Shown here: positions 41,511 through 50,553 of the stretch, piece by piece
Layout of the letters: each line of letters begins with the position of its first letter
Numbering within the stretch: the first letter of the stretch is position 1
IMG/VR virus record: IMGVR_UViG_3300045988_012935
Location: 1-55,859 of that record
Source of the DNA: a virus
Reading direction: 5' to 3' (one strand)
Length of the DNA stretch: 55,859 bases
The notes under the pieces: generated by a model
Told to the model about the DNA's origin: nothing
The model's input: only the letters and a program-made list of their open reading frames with translations
The model's database searches: none
Position numbers and translations under genes: made by a program

Positions 41511-41695
41511 AAATGTTTTATGTTGCGGAATGGGTTTTCTGCCACCTCTACGCTGGATAATTGATTTTCTTCTTTCGGTAGAGATTTTTTGATTTCTTCG
41601 CAGTATTGGTCGTACTTGGTTTTGAAATCATTGAAAGAATCATTGCATCCACAGATTTTAGCGATAGCGTAGGCAGATACATATTCATTGTTCAA
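41507..41695 (-). CDS. Hypothetical 62-aa protein on the - strand
   Basis: ORF track; GGGAGGTGAATTTTTG context upstream on the - strand. Confidence 0.45.
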   Translation of the reverse strand: MNNEYVSAYAIAKICGCNDSFNDFKTKYDQYCEEIKKSLPKEENQLSSVEVAENPFRNIKHF

Positions 41696-41749
41696 AAATT
41701 CACCTCCCTTATTTGATGATAAGGGAATTATACCACAGAAAGGAGAGTT

Positions 41750-42520
41750 ATGAACGAATTACAGATTTTCAATAATGAAGAGTTCGGAGAAGTCCGAACC
41801 GCAGTAGTAAATAGCGAGCCGATGTTTTGCTTGGCTGATGTTTGCAAGGCGTTGGGGTTGTCGCAACCGTCAAAGGTAAAGGAGAGATTAAACCCAAAGG
41901 GTGTGAATACTATTCCTACCCCTACAAATGGTGGTGAACAAAATCTTCTTTATATTAATGAAAGCAATTTTTACAAGGCAGTATTCCAAAGTCGAAAAGA
42001 GAGCGCAGAGAGATTTACAGAATGGGTAACATCAGAGGTTCTTCCGTCAATCCGTAAGAATGGCGGTTACATAGCAGGGCAGGAAACCTTGTCTGATGAA
42101 GAATTGCTTTCCAAGGCACTTATGGTGGCACAACGAAAGATTGACGAAAAGAACAACATCATTGCCATGCAGGACTCACGAATCCAAGGAATGATACCTA
42201 AAGAGATTTTCGCTGATGCGGTATCAGCAAGTCATACATCAATCCTCATCGGAGATTTAGCAAAGCTGATTTGTCAGAACGGTGTGCAGATAGGGCAGAA
42301 GCGGTTGTTTGAGTGGTTGCGAGAGAATAACTTCCTTATTAAAAGCGGTACTTCTAGGAACATGCCAAAACAGAGATATGTGGAGCAGGGATTGTTCGAG
42401 GTTAAGGAAAGCAACATTCAGAATCCGGACGGTTCAGTAAGAATCACAAAGACAACGAAAGTTACCGGAAAAGGACAGGTTTACTTTGTAAACAAGTTTC
42501 TGAAAGGAGCATGGGAATGA
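41750..42520 (+). CDS. Antirepressor (Bro-N domain plus ANT-like C-terminal domain)
   Basis: FNNEEFGEVRTAVVNSEPMFCLADVCKALGL...FTEWVTSEVLPSIRKNGGY; paralogous N-domain to 33829..34629. Confidence 0.75.
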   Translation: MNELQIFNNEEFGEVRTAVVNSEPMFCLADVCKALGLSQPSKVKERLNPKGVNTIPTPTNGGEQNLLYINESNFYKAVFQSRKESAERFTEWVTSEVLPSIRKNGGYIAGQETLSDEELLSKALMVAQRKIDEKNNIIAMQDSRIQGMIPKEIFADAVSASHTSILIGDLAKLICQNGVQIGQKRLFEWLRENNFLIKSGTSRNMPKQRYVEQGLFEVKESNIQNPDGSVRITKTTKVTGKGQVYFVNKFLKGAWE

Positions 42521-42741
42521 TATACCAGGTTATTAAATATGTCAGCTTTTTAATTGGAATGGTTACTTGTTGCTTCCTTGATTCATCTGATTCGGTTATC
42601 AACATTCCGACAGTGATTGCATTTGTATGCTTTGTAATAACACTGATCGCAGAGATAAAGATAACCATTGATTTATCAAGAGAGGAAACAAACCGAAGAA
42701 TACGAGAAAGGAGAAAGCAGATTGAAAAATGCTCATGGTAA
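42511..42741 (+). CDS. Small membrane protein
   Basis: ORF track; two hydrophobic segments. Confidence 0.45.
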   Translation: MGMIYQVIKYVSFLIGMVTCCFLDSSDSVINIPTVIAFVCFVITLIAEIKITIDLSREETNRRIRERRKQIEKCSW

Positions 42742-42911
42742 GCATGACTATTAGTGGCATCCGTTGTAGCGATTATGAAAGAAAAGCTTTAGTTGCACTG
42801 ATGCAGGGTAAAGTTAAGAAGAAACAAGACGATAAAGAGGACTTTGAAAAGGTTCTTGACAGAGAAATGGAAAGGAGAAGCAATGGAGAACAGAATAACG
42901 TTGATCGGTGA
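42729..42911 (+). CDS. Hypothetical 60-aa protein
   Basis: ORF track. Confidence 0.35.
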   Translation: MLMVSMTISGIRCSDYERKALVALMQGKVKKKQDDKEDFEKVLDREMERRSNGEQNNVDR

Positions 42912-43467
42912 TGTTGTATCAGCACCAAGGGAAAGCCATAAATCAAACGGTAAGATTTTTTATAAATTTTTCATCGGAGTTGAAAGAAGAAGCAGTGTCG
43001 CAGATATTCTTCCGGTACTGTTCGACAAAGAAATAAGCGATACAGGAATCAGCGGAACGGTATGTGTCAATGGGAAGATAATTACCCGGCACGTAAAAAC
43101 CGGGTCTGGAAAAGCCATTCTTATGTATGTTATGGCTGATACAATCACAAAGCCAGAGGATGATAGCCCTTTGAATGAAGTAAGCCTTGAGGGAATTATC
43201 GAGGAAAAGCAACTTAGAGAAACACCACTTGGTCGTAAAATCTGTGATGTGAAACTCAAAACTTTAAGAGAGAATGGGAAAGAGGATTTGATCACTTGCA
43301 TTGCATGGGGAAAGGGCGCAGAATATACGGACTCACTTGCTTTAGGCGATGGGGTAAGCACATATGGCAGATTGCAGAGCCGGAGATATAAGAAAACGTG
43401 TAAAGATGGTCGCGTTGTGGAAAAAGTTACATATGAGTTATCAATAAAAGGAATCGTGGGGGTGTAA
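42883..43467 (+). CDS. OB-fold single-stranded-DNA-binding-like protein
   Basis: AAAGGAGA RBS, ATG 42883; two repeats of the ITLIGDVVSAPR.../LEGIIEEKQLRETPLGRKICDVKL pattern, ending ...YGRLQSRRY. Confidence 0.45.
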   Translation: MENRITLIGDVVSAPRESHKSNGKIFYKFFIGVERRSSVADILPVLFDKEISDTGISGTVCVNGKIITRHVKTGSGKAILMYVMADTITKPEDDSPLNEVSLEGIIEEKQLRETPLGRKICDVKLKTLRENGKEDLITCIAWGKGAEYTDSLALGDGVSTYGRLQSRRYKKTCKDGRVVEKVTYELSIKGIVGV

Positions 43468-43469
43468 TA

Positions 43470-45521
43470 ATGCGAATGATTTTAAAATCGTTACATATTG
43501 AAAATTTCAAAGGGGTAAAGGATAAGACATACGAATTCGGAAAGACAACAAGGGTTTCCGGCATGAACCGGAGAGGAAAGACCACAATCGGGGCGGCATG
43601 GTACTGGCTGACATCTGATAAGAACTATGAGCTTGTCAGCAATCCAAACATTAGACCGGACAATGTAGAAGATTGTATTCCGACTGTTACTGCAAATGTC
43701 GATGTAGACGAAAAAGAAATCACTCTTTCCAAGATGCAGAAGCGAAAAGTTGGAAAACCGGATAAAAATGGAGTTTCGAAAGTTACTATCACAAATACAT
43801 ATGAGATCAATTCTGTGCCTAAGACAGAACGTGATTTTAAGGCATATCTGGAAGAATTAGGGTTTGAGTTTGATAAATTCCTCATTTGTTCGCACCCGAA
43901 TGTGTTTACCAAGGATTTGTCGTTAAAGAAAAAACAGGATGAAATGCGCAAATATTTATTCACTATGGCAAGCGAAAAAACAGATTTAGAGATTGCACAA
44001 ATGTATAAAGAAACTGCCGATGTTGCAAAACTACTTGAATCTTATAAATTCGAGGAAATTGAAGCCATGAATAACGCTTCCAAGAAGAAAGCAGTTGAAC
44101 AGTTAGATGCGATTCCTAATCAGATTATCGGTCTGGAGAAAGCAAAAGTTGATGTAGATGTGGCAGAGCAGGAACTTGCCAAGGCTGATCTGACAAGAAG
44201 AATCGCTGAATGCGATAAGAAGATTGCCGGTGCCGATCATTCGCTTGACGAATTGCGCGATAAGGAAATGCGGTTACAACTTGATATATCCGGAATTACA
44301 CAGACGATGAACCGCGAATTATCCAATCGTAGATACGAAATTGATGCTGATCTGTGCGGTTGCGAAGATGAATTAAAACATCTGGAGCAGACGATTTCTT
44401 TGAAAGAAAATCAGATTGTCGGTAATGAAAAGGCTATCACAGATGCGGATGCAGAACGGAAGAAAATTGGAGAAAAGTACAATGCAGAATATGCCAAGGC
44501 ATTTGATGAAGCGCCTTACCTGTTTGACGAATCCAAGTGGGTATTTGATGAAAATAGCACTGTTTGTTCACTGTGCGGTCAGAAGTTGCCAGAAGATAAA
44601 ATCGAGCAGTTAAAGGCTGATTTTGAAAGCCGGAAAGAAAAAGCCAAGGCGGATGCAGAAGAAAAACTGAAAGCAAAAAGATTTAAGTTTGACACTGACA
44701 AAAAGGTTGAACTGAATCGGTTGAATACTATTGGCACCGAGAAGAAAGAACTTATTACCGAACTTACAAAGAAAAATGCTGATCTGAATACAGAAATTGA
44801 CGCTTTAAAGAAACAGGAACAGGATGCCATTGCAAAGAAAGAAGAACTTTCGAAGCAGTTATCCGAGATCCCGAGCGAAGCTGATTACACGCAGAATGAA
44901 GATTATGTGAAACTGAAAGCAGAGCGTGACAAGGTTCTCGCCGATATTGAAAAGCTGGAATCTGATGGTGCGGACAAGATTGTTACTGATTTGAAAGTCG
45001 AGAAAGCAGATCTGCAGAGCAAGCTTGATGAAGTAAATAAGATTATTGCACAGGCTGAAAACAATGTTCAAATTGATGACAAGATTGCAGATATGCAACA
45101 TAAACAGAACGAGTATGGACAAGCAAAGGCAGATGCCGAGAGGATTCTTTATCAGCTCAAAGAAGTTTCAAAACGAAAGAATAAGTTACTTGTTGAAGAA
45201 ATCAATCAGCATTTCGGTATTGTACGTTGGAAGTTGTTCGATTTCCAGAAAAACGGAGAATATAAGGAAGTTTGTATTCCTACGGTGCTTGATGAAGAAG
45301 CTGGCATTTACAAGGTGTTCGGTGACACGACTAACACTGGCAGGGAAATTGAAGCGAAGATTGATATTTGCAACAGTTTTCAGAAGTTCTTTAATATGTA
45401 TGTTCCGATTTTCCTTGATGGTGCAGAAAGTATCAATGATGAATATGTACCGGCTGTTGATACACAGTTAATTCTTTTGAGCGTTTCCGAGGACAAGCAG
45501 TTGAAAGTGGAGGGTGTGTAG
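43470..45521 (+). CDS. Rad50/SbcC/RecF-like SMC-type ATPase
   Basis: N-terminal LHIENFKGV...GMNRRGKTT (Walker A), about 400 aa of coiled coil with a central CSLCGQKL (CxxC hook-like), C-terminal ...PIFLDGAESI (Walker B-like). Confidence 0.6.
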   Translation: MRMILKSLHIENFKGVKDKTYEFGKTTRVSGMNRRGKTTIGAAWYWLTSDKNYELVSNPNIRPDNVEDCIPTVTANVDVDEKEITLSKMQKRKVGKPDKNGVSKVTITNTYEINSVPKTERDFKAYLEELGFEFDKFLICSHPNVFTKDLSLKKKQDEMRKYLFTMASEKTDLEIAQMYKETADVAKLLESYKFEEIEAMNNASKKKAVEQLDAIPNQIIGLEKAKVDVDVAEQELAKADLTRRIAECDKKIAGADHSLDELRDKEMRLQLDISGITQTMNRELSNRRYEIDADLCGCEDELKHLEQTISLKENQIVGNEKAITDADAERKKIGEKYNAEYAKAFDEAPYLFDESKWVFDENSTVCSLCGQKLPEDKIEQLKADFESRKEKAKADAEEKLKAKRFKFDTDKKVELNRLNTIGTEKKELITELTKKNADLNTEIDALKKQEQDAIAKKEELSKQLSEIPSEADYTQNEDYVKLKAERDKVLADIEKLESDGADKIVTDLKVEKADLQSKLDEVNKIIAQAENNVQIDDKIADMQHKQNEYGQAKADAERILYQLKEVSKRKNKLLVEEINQHFGIVRWKLFDFQKNGEYKEVCIPTVLDEEAGIYKVFGDTTNTGREIEAKIDICNSFQKFFNMYVPIFLDGAESINDEYVPAVDTQLILLSVSEDKQLKVEGV

Positions 45522-45522
45522 A

Positions 45523-45696
45523 ATGTCAAGAGTAGGTACAAAGAACAACATCACACAGCCGGATGCACGGTGTATGTCATGCAAGCGTTGGAAGAGTGCA
45601 AGTAAAGGGTTCTGGGGAAGAGCCGGACATTGTTCTCTTCCGTATTGCGAGAAAGATATGAGAAATAAAGGAAAGAGAGGTCGTGTACATGGATGA
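45523..45696 (+). CDS. Small basic Cys-containing protein
   Basis: GGAGGGTG RBS, ATG 45523. Confidence 0.4.
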   Translation: MSRVGTKNNITQPDARCMSCKRWKSASKGFWGRAGHCSLPYCEKDMRNKGKRGRVHG

Positions 45697-45865
45697 TATT
45701 GAAAAATTGAAGGCTGAAAACTCGGATTTGCGAACAAAGGTAGATGAACTTACGAGTAATAAATATTGCCTTGAAGGAGAACTTAGAAAAGCCACAGAAA
45801 CCAACGAAAGACTTTTGCGTATTCTCGAAAATTTGTCAAATGGATATGTGAAAAAGGAGGGTTAA
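45689..45865 (+). CDS. Small coiled-coil protein
   Basis: ATG 45689; IEKLKAENSDLRTKVDELTSNKYCLEGELRK. Confidence 0.4.
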   Translation: MDDIEKLKAENSDLRTKVDELTSNKYCLEGELRKATETNERLLRILENLSNGYVKKEG

Positions 45866-46602
45866 TGATGCATTATATTAAAGCAAAATTTCCAAACAGC
45901 ACCAGAAGTTATACATACCGCACCGAGGATTCCGTAAAAGCCGGTGACACGGTTGTAAATGCCAAGGGCGCAAAGCTGACGGTCACGGATGAAACCGTGG
46001 ATATGAAGTGGGTAGAAACCTACGGTGCTGATAAGATGGCGGTTGTGAAGAAGTATGAGGAACCGGAGAAAAGGTACATTGTCGAGCGTGAGTTTGAACA
46101 CGCAGGCTACAAATGTGTTGTGATATTTGGAAGTATCGGCTACAGATGCGGTTATGTTGGTATTCCAAAGAATCATCCGTTATACGGAAAATATTACGGC
46201 AATCATCTTGAAATCAAGAAATCTGATGTTGGAGACAGAGCGGTAAGTGGGATTTTCCCTTTGCTTGGTGCTTGCCTGGATGAAGATGAAAGAATCCGAA
46301 TTGAAGTATATTTTCAGTGCCACGGTGGTATTACATACGCAGGCGGTGGAGAGCATTCAGATTATCCGATTGAAAGTGATTTGTGGTGGTTTGGATTCGA
46401 TTGCGGTCATGCAGAAGATAGACCGGATTACGAGTATGCAATCAAGAAGTTCCCAAAACGCAGGGATGAACTTGAAAGAATTTTAGATATTCAAAATCAG
46501 TGTCATTATGACGGCGATGTTATTCGCACCGAAGAATACGTTGCAGATGAGTGCAAGAAGTTAGCAGGGCAGTTAAAAGAATTTGAAGAAAGCGAGGAAT
46601 AG
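45865..46602 (+). CDS. Conserved phage protein of unknown function
   Basis: ORF track; CHGGITYAGG...WWFGFDCGHAEDRPDY motif that I recall from many Firmicute phages without an assigned function. Confidence 0.55.
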   Translation: MMHYIKAKFPNSTRSYTYRTEDSVKAGDTVVNAKGAKLTVTDETVDMKWVETYGADKMAVVKKYEEPEKRYIVEREFEHAGYKCVVIFGSIGYRCGYVGIPKNHPLYGKYYGNHLEIKKSDVGDRAVSGIFPLLGACLDEDERIRIEVYFQCHGGITYAGGGEHSDYPIESDLWWFGFDCGHAEDRPDYEYAIKKFPKRRDELERILDIQNQCHYDGDVIRTEEYVADECKKLAGQLKEFEESEE

Positions 46603-46604
46603 AT

Positions 46605-46805
46605 ATGATTAAATCAGATTTTGGAACAATAGAAGTAGACGGAAGAGAGCCGGTTATTATGACTGAATTTGAAACTCTTTTAGTAGTATTAAGGAGAGTT
46701 CTCGGAGAGGAGAAATACAACCTTGTTTTGCAGAGAGCAAGCGAAGATGAGCTGCCAAGGATGGTAAAGAAATATCAAGAAAAGGCGAAAAAGAACGCTT
46801 GGTAG
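46605..46805 (+). CDS. Hypothetical protein
   Basis: ORF track. Confidence 0.45.
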   Translation: MIKSDFGTIEVDGREPVIMTEFETLLVVLRRVLGEEKYNLVLQRASEDELPRMVKKYQEKAKKNAW

Positions 46806-46848
46806 AAGCTCTCAAAACTTTTTTTAGTGAAATGGAGGATAAATAATT

Positions 46849-47928
46849 ATGGCAGAAACAAAGAAACAGGAAGTTGCAGTTAAGCAGGAAATGAATACAA
46901 GACTTTCATTTTATGCAAATCAGTATACCGGACTTATGGAGCGTGATTTCGCAGAACATGGTCTTGCCTTTGATGATTATTCCAAACAGTGCGTTATGGC
47001 ATCTATGAGTGCCATTTACAACCTTGTTACATCGAATAAGGCGGCTATGGAAAATCTGAATGGTTCTAATTTGAGACAGGTTATCGGGCAGGTTTCCAGC
47101 CTTAAACTTAATGCAAATGCCGTGCCAAGAGAGTGTTATTTCCAGTTGAGAAATAAGCAGGATGCCAATGGAAATTGGTATAAAGAGGTTGAAATGGGTA
47201 TTGAGGGAGACGGAAACGATGCACTTCTCCGTAATTTCGGTGTTGGTGTTAAAAAGGTCTATCCGGTATGGCTTGTGAAAGAAGGGGATGAATTTACATA
47301 TCCGAAGCACAGAGGTGTTGAAGTTACGCCGCCGGAGTGGGAAGAAAAAGGATTGTCGCAGAAAGTAATCCGTGTAGTTTATCCAGTCGAGATGGACGGT
47401 GGAAAGATTGAATACATGATTGCGGAACGTGAAGGCGTGAAAGGAAACCTTTTGGCTCATGTGCGCAACAATCTTTTGAATGAAACGTTTGGAATTTGCG
47501 AGAATAAGCGCAAGGCAACCGACAAGCAAAAGGCTGAAATTAAGGCTAAAAAGGACGAGATTATCAGTGCACTTCTCGGATGCAAGACATTGGAAGAAAT
47601 GCTTGCTTGTGAAGTGGCAAGACCTTATATGAGCGCGGCGTGGAGAGAAACTTCCGAAGCTATGATTATTCGCAAGATGCGTAACAATGCAATCAAAAAG
47701 CATCCAAAAGACCTTAATGCTATTGCGAAACAGTCTCTTATGCAGATGGATGAAACTTATCAGCAGACGCAGGAGGAAATTGCGGAAAATGCCAATTCAG
47801 AGCCGTTTGTTGTAGCTGAATCCGAAGCTATTGAGACCGGGAGCGAAGTAGTTGAATCACAGCCGGAGAAAGTAGCCGGAGAAGTCGTTGAGAATGACGA
47901 GAACGTACCGGACTTTATGAAGGACTAG
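46849..47928 (+). CDS. recT: RecT-like single-strand annealing protein
   Basis: ...NAVPRECYFQLRNKQ...EVEMGIEGDGNDALLRNFGVGVKKVYPVWLVKEGDEFTY fits the RecT core pattern; acidic C-terminal tail. Confidence 0.5.
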   Translation: MAETKKQEVAVKQEMNTRLSFYANQYTGLMERDFAEHGLAFDDYSKQCVMASMSAIYNLVTSNKAAMENLNGSNLRQVIGQVSSLKLNANAVPRECYFQLRNKQDANGNWYKEVEMGIEGDGNDALLRNFGVGVKKVYPVWLVKEGDEFTYPKHRGVEVTPPEWEEKGLSQKVIRVVYPVEMDGGKIEYMIAEREGVKGNLLAHVRNNLLNETFGICENKRKATDKQKAEIKAKKDEIISALLGCKTLEEMLACEVARPYMSAAWRETSEAMIIRKMRNNAIKKHPKDLNAIAKQSLMQMDETYQQTQEEIAENANSEPFVVAESEAIETGSEVVESQPEKVAGEVVENDENVPDFMKD

Positions 47929-47937
47929 GAGGTTGCT

Positions 47938-48303
47938 ATGAGAGTTATATCACAGGACGGAACGATTGATATACCATATGAACAGGTGATTATTCAGAGA
48001 TTCGGGTCAAAAATTTACTTTATGAACAAAAACTTAACAGGTGTTGAGCCACTTACTTATGACATGCAAATTGCTGAATATTCCACCAAAGAAAAAGCAA
48101 AGAAAGCTATGGAAATGCTTAGAGATGCATATACAGGTATGCCTATCGCAATGCAGAATGTTGATGTTTCAGAAGATGTGGCAAGGGAATTTGAAAGATT
48201 AAAGAAATGCGGAATTATGGTGAAAACAGAAAGTCAGCCGTCAAAAATAGAATGCATTAGCAATGCTATCTTTCAGTTTCCTGCAGAGGAAGAATTGGAG
48301 TAG
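47938..48303 (+). CDS. Hypothetical protein
   Basis: ORF track; GGAGG RBS. Confidence 0.5.
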   Translation: MRVISQDGTIDIPYEQVIIQRFGSKIYFMNKNLTGVEPLTYDMQIAEYSTKEKAKKAMEMLRDAYTGMPIAMQNVDVSEDVAREFERLKKCGIMVKTESQPSKIECISNAIFQFPAEEELE

Positions 48304-48306
48304 GGT

Positions 48307-48489
48307 ATGGAAAAAGCGTTATTCGGACTAATAGCATATATTCCTTGGCTTGTTTGGGTGATTGGATTTCATATTTACAAGAAAATTCGGCGAGGGGAAG
48401 TTTGGGAAAGTGATGTATTCATCCCGGTTATGTGGATTCTTATGATATTCGGTCAGTTTTTATACCCGATTCTCCAGTATTTGTATTAA
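48307..48489 (+). CDS. Small 2-TM membrane protein
   Basis: ORF track; LFGLIAYIPWLVWVIGFHIY and VFIPVMWILMIFGQFLYPIL. Confidence 0.45.
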   Translation: MEKALFGLIAYIPWLVWVIGFHIYKKIRRGEVWESDVFIPVMWILMIFGQFLYPILQYLY

Positions 48490-48507
48490 GAAAGCGAGGT
48501 GGTTTAA

Positions 48508-49245
48508 ATGCTTATGCGTTGTTGCGGTTCATCATCAGCAGGCAACAGTTACGCTTTAATCAGCAGCAGTGGTGAGATTCTTGCCATTGAAGCGGGATGC
48601 AAATTTCTTGATTTTAAGAAAATGATTGATTGGAAAATAGCAAATGTTTCCGGATGCATTGTGAGCCACGAACACGGAGACCATGCACGATACATAAAAG
48701 ATTTCATGAAATCCGGCATTCCGGTTTATACGGCATTTGAAACACAGACCGCACTTGAAACCATTACAGGAGAGCGTACAATAGCCATTCCACCGCGCAG
48801 AGTACGGCAAATCGGCAATTTTACGGTAACACCATTCAATGTACCGCATGATACAGAAATCGAGTGCTACGGCTATTTAATCGAGCATGAGGAAATGGGC
48901 AAGCTGTTATTCTTGACCGACTTGGAATATTGCAAGTATGACTTTTCCGGCATGAAGGTTGAGCATATCATGGTTGAAGCCAATTATAGCATGGACTTGG
49001 TAGACCGGAATGAGCCAAATTACGAACACAGATTAAGAGGTCATATGAGCCTTGATACGGCACTTAAATTTATTCAGACGAACGACAACCCAGCTTTACG
49101 GAATGTCGTTTTAATACACTTATCGGACACAAGCGGAGATCCCGCGTTATTCCTACAACGAACGAAAGAAACAATTGAATATGGAGCAAATGTTTATGTT
49201 GCAGAAAAAGGACTAGAGGTTGATATGAACCTTTGTCCGTTCTGA
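48508..49245 (+). CDS. Metallo-beta-lactamase-fold hydrolase (likely recombination-associated nuclease)
   Basis: VSHEHGDHA (HxHxDH) motif. Confidence 0.7.
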   Translation: MLMRCCGSSSAGNSYALISSSGEILAIEAGCKFLDFKKMIDWKIANVSGCIVSHEHGDHARYIKDFMKSGIPVYTAFETQTALETITGERTIAIPPRRVRQIGNFTVTPFNVPHDTEIECYGYLIEHEEMGKLLFLTDLEYCKYDFSGMKVEHIMVEANYSMDLVDRNEPNYEHRLRGHMSLDTALKFIQTNDNPALRNVVLIHLSDTSGDPALFLQRTKETIEYGANVYVAEKGLEVDMNLCPF

Positions 49246-49256
49246 AAGGAGAAAAG

Positions 49257-49462
49257 ATGAAAAAAAGGAACAAAGTGCAGAGTTATTAGTGATGATTATG
49301 GGTTTTTTAAACCGGGAGAAATCGTTGTTACATTAGAAACCGATGATGTGCCATATTGCGCAAAAGAGTCGGCATATTCTCCGAAAAAAAGCACTTAGCA
49401 GTTATAAATTAAGCGATTACAGTTCTTTAACAGAAAGTGAACTTGAAGTAATTGAAGAATAA
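49257..49462 (+). pseudogene. Small ORF broken by two +1 frameshifts, each at an A7 run
   Basis: ATG 49257 plus A7 (49260-49266) stops at 49287. The +1 frame reads CRVISDDYGFFKPGEIVVTLETDDVPYCAKESAYSPKK until A7 (49384-49390) and a stop at 49396. The next +1 frame reads ALSSYKLSDYSSLTESELEVIEE to 49462. A6 at both sites gives one 67-aa ORF. Confidence 0.5.
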
Positions 49463-49556
49463 CTAGGTTGAAACACCGGCTGAAAAGCGAAAGAAACCAT
49501 TCTAACGCATGGCGAATAATAGTTATCACAAGCTTATTGTAAGCCATTGATTACTT

Positions 49557-49582
49557 GGCGGCATATCCCCCTATATGCCGCC
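49557..49582. promoter_or_regulatory. Perfect 10-bp hairpin GGCGGCATAT-ccccct-ATATGCCGCC
   Basis: Read directly; 17 nt upstream of ATG 49599. Confidence 0.5.
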
Positions 49583-49598
49583 TACGGAAGAAAAAATT

Positions 49599-49946
49599 AT
49601 GAGTGAAATTAGAATTTGTAAATATTGTTCAACAGAGTTTACTCCAATAAGGAGTACGCAAGTTTGTTGTTGCCGAAGATGCACAAGCAGGCTGAATCTC
49701 GCAAGGCATCAAGATTCATTGGGCAAAGAAGTTTTTAAAAAACAGTGCCCTAAGTGCGGAAAAACATTTATGACAGTTGGAAGCAAAAGAAATTTGTGTC
49801 CAGATTGCGATGCAGTAAAGCGTAAGGAGAAGAAGCTTAGCAACAATAAGAAAATCGACTTAATTAGCAAATTGGCCCGAGAATCCGGGATGAGTTACGG
49901 AAAGTTTGTGGCTCAAATGAGCATTAAACCATTGGAGAGGAAGTGA
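49599..49946 (+). CDS. Zinc-ribbon protein
   Basis: ATG 49599; CKYCSTEF...CCCRRC and CPKCGKTF...CPDCD. Confidence 0.5.
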   Translation: MSEIRICKYCSTEFTPIRSTQVCCCRRCTSRLNLARHQDSLGKEVFKKQCPKCGKTFMTVGSKRNLCPDCDAVKRKEKKLSNNKKIDLISKLARESGMSYGKFVAQMSIKPLERK

Positions 49947-49950
49947 TCGA

Positions 49951-50553
49951 GTGGACTATAAGAAGTTTAGACAGGCAAAAGCTATAGAGGAAAAGAATAA
50001 GCAAAAATGGCTTGCCTTGAATCCAAAGCTTGATGAGGATAGCGGAATCTATATCTTGATTAGACAGGACGAAAACGGATTCAAATACGCTTACATAGGA
50101 CAAGCCAAGCATATTCTGACAAGACTTACGCAACACCTTACAGGGTACCAACATATAGATCTGTCATTGAAAAAGCATGGATTGTTCGACCCGAAAGAAA
50201 ATCATTATGGTTGGCATGTGGAGTGTTGGAAATATCCTGTGGCAGAGTTGGACGAAAAGGAACAGTTCTGGATTAAGCATTATGCAGACAAAGGTTATCA
50301 ACTTCGCAATAAAACAAGCGGTTCACAGGGCGAGGGAAAAGCTAAGATTGATGATTACCGCCCAGCAAAAGGCTATTATGACGGCATTAAACAGGGAAAA
50401 AAGAATCTTGCTAAGGAGCTGTCACATATCGCTGAAAAGCACCTTGAAATCCGTTTGAAGCCGGAGAAAGCCAATAATTCGGTGTCGCAGAAGCAGTATG
50501 AAAAATTTATGGATTTGCTTCATGGAGAGGGTGGTTCGAATGGCAGAGAATAA
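49951..50553 (+). CDS. GIY-YIG nuclease family protein
   Basis: GIYILIRQDENGFKYAYIGQAKHILTRLTQH (GIY...YIG), later ...YQLRNKTSG. Confidence 0.65.
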   Translation: MDYKKFRQAKAIEEKNKQKWLALNPKLDEDSGIYILIRQDENGFKYAYIGQAKHILTRLTQHLTGYQHIDLSLKKHGLFDPKENHYGWHVECWKYPVAELDEKEQFWIKHYADKGYQLRNKTSGSQGEGKAKIDDYRPAKGYYDGIKQGKKNLAKELSHIAEKHLEIRLKPEKANNSVSQKQYEKFMDLLHGEGGSNGRE

